DNA of 64,000 nt from an uncultured Chloroflexia bacterium (lineage in GTDB: Bacteria; Chloroflexota; Limnocylindria; Limnocylindrales; CSP1-4): positions 100,230-164,229 of the forward strand of contig CAVVDC010000012.1 in the NCBI GenBank assembly GCA_963746855.1. Reading direction: 5' to 3'. Under the pieces are notes generated by a model. It was not told where the DNA came from. It ran no database searches and was given only the letters and a program-made list of their open reading frames with translations. The translations under genes and the position numbers were made by a program. This document shows, in pieces, positions 61,134 through 64,000 of the stretch (its first letter is position 1; the number at the start of each line of letters is the position of its first letter).

Positions 61134-62033
61134 ACGTTCAGCGCGATCCCGACGCGATCCTCGCCGCGTGGCTGGACGAGGGGCCGACGGGGCTCCCCGA
61201 ACCGACCCGACGAGCGATCGCGGTCAACACACGAACAACGACCCAGCGACGGCGTCCGGTCTGGATGCCGCCAAGGAGACCCTTGATGAACACCTATGCC
61301 CGATGGGCGGTCGCGGCCATCGCGGTCGTCCTCGCGATCGGCGGGGCTGCCTACTTCCTGGCGCCTGCTGGCGGCCAGTTCGGCGGACTCCCGAACGCCA
61401 CACCATCAGCAAGTTCATCTTCGTCGTGGGGGCGTCGGCGACCCCGTACCGCCTCGGTGGCGACGCCGTCGGCGAGCCCGGCGCCCTCGTCGGCCGACGG
61501 CTTCGTCTATCCAGGGACGTACATTCCCGCGTTTGACCCGGGGCTGACGTTCACGATCGACCGCGAGGTCCAGCACAACTGCGCACCGGGCTTCGAGTGC
61601 CGCGGCAGTATCGATGTCAACCTCCCCGGTCTGGCTCAACCTCGAGTTCGGCATGCCGAGGATCGAGGTGCATGTCGTGCGCGTCGACAAGGTCAACGAC
61701 CCGGCCAAATCCGGCACGCTGATCGATCCACCGGCCGACCTCGCGACTGGATCGCCAGCCGGCCGGGCGTGACCGTGACCGCCCAGAAGACCGTCCAGGT
61801 GGGTGGCCTCGCCGCGACCCAACTCGACGTCCAAACCGGCAACAAGGACTTGTCCTTCGGCCCGATCCCCGGGGTCGACCGATCCCACGTTGGGATTCGG
61901 CGCCAACTGGACGGTTCGGCTGTTCGTCGTGCCGGTCGATGGCCACCAGGTTCTCATCATCCTGGGCACGCGGAGAAGTTGGCTCGCGATGACGGAGCTC
62001 CAGCCCCTCGTCGATTCGATGGTCTGGCACTGA
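61130..62033 (+). pseudogene. membrane-anchored ECF-partner (anti-sigma-like) protein, copy 1, with at least 3 frameshifts
   Basis: The N-terminus and TM helix parallel ORF 62698..63501. Protein-like sequence jumps frames at about 61624-61627 (C-run; ...SIDVNLP|VWLNLEFGMPRIEVHVVRVDKVNDP...), about 61745 (...PPADLA|DWIASRPGVTVTAQ...) and about 61880 (...GPIPGVD|DPTLGFGANWTVRLFVVPVDGHQVLIILG...MVWH*, in ORF 61803..62033). Confidence 0.65.
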
Positions 62034-62069
62034 CGCACGCCCGTCGACACACCCACCGCCCGATCTCGA

Positions 62070-62100
62070 GGTGAACGTTTCGGGATCGGGCGGTCCCATA
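62070..62100 (+). promoter_or_regulatory. ECF-type promoter-like motif upstream of sigma gene 2
   Basis: GGTGAACGTTT-N-CCCATA ends about 5 nt before GTG 62105, implying a near-leaderless mRNA. Confidence 0.35.
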
Positions 62101-62104
62101 CTCG

Positions 62105-62701
62105 GTGACGCGGCCAGACGGGCTGCATCCCGAGGTGAACGACACCGTGCAACGCGAGGTCGTGGAACGGGCAGCCCAGGGGGACCAGGAGGCGTTCGCC
62201 ATCCTGGCCACGGGTCATGTCGACCGTTGCTACGCCCTCGCGTACCGGATCCTGCGTGACACCCATCGGGCCCAGGACGCGACGCAACAGGCACTCCTGA
62301 ACGCCTGGCGCGACCTCGCGACCCTCCGAGACCCCGAACGGTTCGATGCCTGGTTGCATCGGATCGTCGTCCAAGCCTGCTATCTCGAGTCGCGCGGCGA
62401 GCGGCGCTGGAACGCCCGCGTCCGGGTGCTCTCCGTCGTCCCGCCCACGAGCCCCGACGTCGCCAAGTCGGTCGTCGATCGCGATGCCCTCGATCACGCC
62501 TTCCGCCTGCTGACACCGGAACAGCGGGCGGTCGTCGTGCTCCACCACCACCTGGGGTACCCGCTCACCGAGATCGCGGCGACCCTCGGCATCCCTGAAG
62601 GGACCGCGCGGTCCCGCCTTCACTACGCGGTCCGTCAGCTGCGGGCCACGCTCGATGCGGATGCTCCATCCGCGATCACCTCGCAGGAGCGACCAGCATG
62701 A
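62105..62701 (+). CDS. ECF (group 4) sigma-70 factor, copy 2 (intact)
   Basis: DATQQALLNAWRDLATLRDPERFDAWLHRIVVQACY (region 2) and LTEIAATLGIPEGTARSRLHYAVRQLRATL (region 4). Confidence 0.85.
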   Translation: MTRPDGLHPEVNDTVQREVVERAAQGDQEAFAILATGHVDRCYALAYRILRDTHRAQDATQQALLNAWRDLATLRDPERFDAWLHRIVVQACYLESRGERRWNARVRVLSVVPPTSPDVAKSVVDRDALDHAFRLLTPEQRAVVVLHHHLGYPLTEIAATLGIPEGTARSRLHYAVRQLRATLDADAPSAITSQERPA

Positions 62702-63501
62702 CCGACCAGGACCGGGCTCCCTTCGACCCCCGCATCGCCGACTGGCTCGAAGGCGACCCGAACACCGCGCCCGAACCGACCCTCGAGATCGTCCTGGCGG
62801 CATTCCCTTCGATCAAGCAGCGGCATGGCTCGCGCCTGCCGTGGAGGTTCTCCGCCATGCCTACGTCCTTCAAGCTCGCCCTTGGGGCGGCGGCGGTCAT
62901 CGTCGTCGTCCTCGGCGGCGCCTTCGCACTGGGACCGCGTTCGCCGAGCGGCGTCGGCGGCCCAGGCCCGACGCCGTCGCCGATCACCACCCAAGCGCCG
63001 TCGTCGCCGGAAGCCCAGGCGACCGTCCCGATCGACTGGACGACGTACACATCAAGCCGTTTCGCGTACACGATCGACTATCCAGCCGATTGGGTCGCGA
63101 CCCCGGCGACGCAGGACTGGCCGTCTGCCGGTTTTCCGAGCCCGATGGGTGGCTTTGACCATGACACCTTCGGCCCTCCATCGTTCGGATCCCCGGTGTA
63201 CGTCTCGTCGGTCCCCCTGACAGCCGGCAAGGTCGCTGCCGATTGGTTGAACGGGCTGGATGCCGAGGGGGCGGCCCACGACTGTCAAATGTCGGCTGCG
63301 CGCACGGTCGTCGTCGATGGCGTCGATGCTCGACGGCGAGAAGGCGTCTGCATGTCAACCGACCAGATGATCGAGGTTGCCATGGCCGACGATAAGCGGT
63401 TCTACCTGATCTACATGTTCGGGACACCGGCGGGTGCGTTCACCGACGTAAACCACGCGACGCTCGACAAGTTCCTCGCGTCGTTCAAGTTCGGCGGCTA
63501 G
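62698..63501 (+). CDS. membrane-anchored ECF-partner (anti-sigma-like) protein, copy 2 (intact)
   Basis: ATGA overlap with the sigma gene. Cytoplasmic N-terminus (IADWLEGDPNTAPEP...), a single TM helix (LALGAAAVIVVVLGGAF), a Pro-rich linker and an extracytoplasmic domain. No zinc-finger anti-sigma motif. Confidence 0.7.
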   Translation: MTDQDRAPFDPRIADWLEGDPNTAPEPTLEIVLAAFPSIKQRHGSRLPWRFSAMPTSFKLALGAAAVIVVVLGGAFALGPRSPSGVGGPGPTPSPITTQAPSSPEAQATVPIDWTTYTSSRFAYTIDYPADWVATPATQDWPSAGFPSPMGGFDHDTFGPPSFGSPVYVSSVPLTAGKVAADWLNGLDAEGAAHDCQMSAARTVVVDGVDARRREGVCMSTDQMIEVAMADDKRFYLIYMFGTPAGAFTDVNHATLDKFLASFKFGG

Positions 63502-63518
63502 TCGAACCGTTGGTCCCG

Positions 63519-64000
63519 TCAGTCCGGGAACGCCTCCGGCCCGCGCTCGCTCAGTTCGCGGGCCTCGCCGGAGGCGTCCTCGGCCGGCAACCATGAATAC
63601 GGGTAGCGGCCGTCCTCCAGGGCGGCCGCCTGCCGCGTGATCTTGAGCGGGTGGAAGGTGTCGACCATGACCGCCAGCTCCTCGGTCGCCTCCTTGCCGA
63701 TCGAGGCCTCCGCCGTCCCGGGATGCGGCCCGTGCGGGATCCCGGCCGGATGCAGCGTGAATGAGCTGATCCCCACGCCGCGCCGGCTCATGAAGTTGCC
63801 GGCCACGTAGTAGATGACCTCGTCCGAGTTGATGTTCGAGTGGTTGTAGGGCGCCGGGATCGCCAGCGGGTGGTAGTCGAACTTGCGCGGCACGAACGAG
63901 CACACGACGAAGTTCCGAGCCGCGAACGTCTGGTGGACCGGCGGTGGCTGGTGGACCCGCCCGGTGATGGGCTCGAAGTCGCCGATGTTGAACGCGAACG
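63519..64000 (-). CDS. hmgA: homogentisate 1,2-dioxygenase family protein (3' part; 5' end outside window)
   Basis: The frame is open to the window edge (FNIGDFEPITGRVHQPPPVHQTF...). FVPRKFDYHP...PYNHSNINSDEV...LHPAGIPHGPHPG resembles the HGO C-terminal region. Confidence 0.7.
   Translation of the reverse strand, partial: FAFNIGDFEPITGRVHQPPPVHQTFAARNFVVCSFVPRKFDYHPLAIPAPYNHSNINSDEVIYYVAGNFMSRRGVGISSFTLHPAGIPHGPHPGTAEASIGKEATEELAVMVDTFHPLKITRQAAALEDGRYPYSWLPAEDASGEARELSERGPEAFPD

Overview
This is a very GC-rich, gene-dense chromosomal window. Codon third positions are almost uniformly G/C, GTG/TTG starts are common, and many neighbouring genes overlap by 4 nt (GTGA/ATGA). The gene content looks Actinomycetota-like (CvpA-MarP-type protease, tandem KasA/B-like ketosynthases, LLM oxidoreductase, MscL), but the taxon cannot be fixed from sequence alone. 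I support about 55 protein genes. I saw no rRNA, tRNA, CRISPR array, transposase or integrase.

Main content:
- Branched-chain amino-acid biosynthesis is split into three blocks: ilvB-ilvN-ilvC-leuA-leuB-cimA, a stand-alone LeuA regulatory-domain gene and pheA (minus strand, 17.3-27.0 kb); leuCD (33.0-35.0 kb); and ilvD (37.0-38.7 kb).
- An acyl-CoA dehydrogenase / ADP-forming acyl-CoA synthetase / enoyl-CoA hydratase operon.
- A MarR / fabD / two KAS II genes / thioesterase lipid cluster.
- copA and ogt.
- A korAB (2-oxoacid:ferredoxin oxidoreductase) operon bracketed by CBS-domain genes.
- Two paralogous ECF sigma / membrane-partner pairs.
- Several secreted proteins and lipoproteins.

Most interesting observation: a compact c-di-GMP island (27.4-32.9 kb) sits between ilvB and leuC. 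Two GGDEF-EAL genes flank a DUF5317 membrane protein and what reads as a c-di-GMP-I (GEMM-I) riboswitch. The riboswitch lies immediately 5' of an unannotated 29-codon hydrophobic sORF, and a perfect 12-bp hairpin follows.

Other notable points:
- A terminator/leader arrangement 36 nt upstream of ilvB, suggesting attenuation.
- A ~95-nt intergenic repeat present twice in opposite orientation.
- A long imperfect hairpin element next to the first repeat copy.
- Six single-base frameshifts; four of them are concentrated in one ECF sigma/partner pair, which looks like a decaying paralogue.

All family assignments are from motif recognition by eye; no searches were run.
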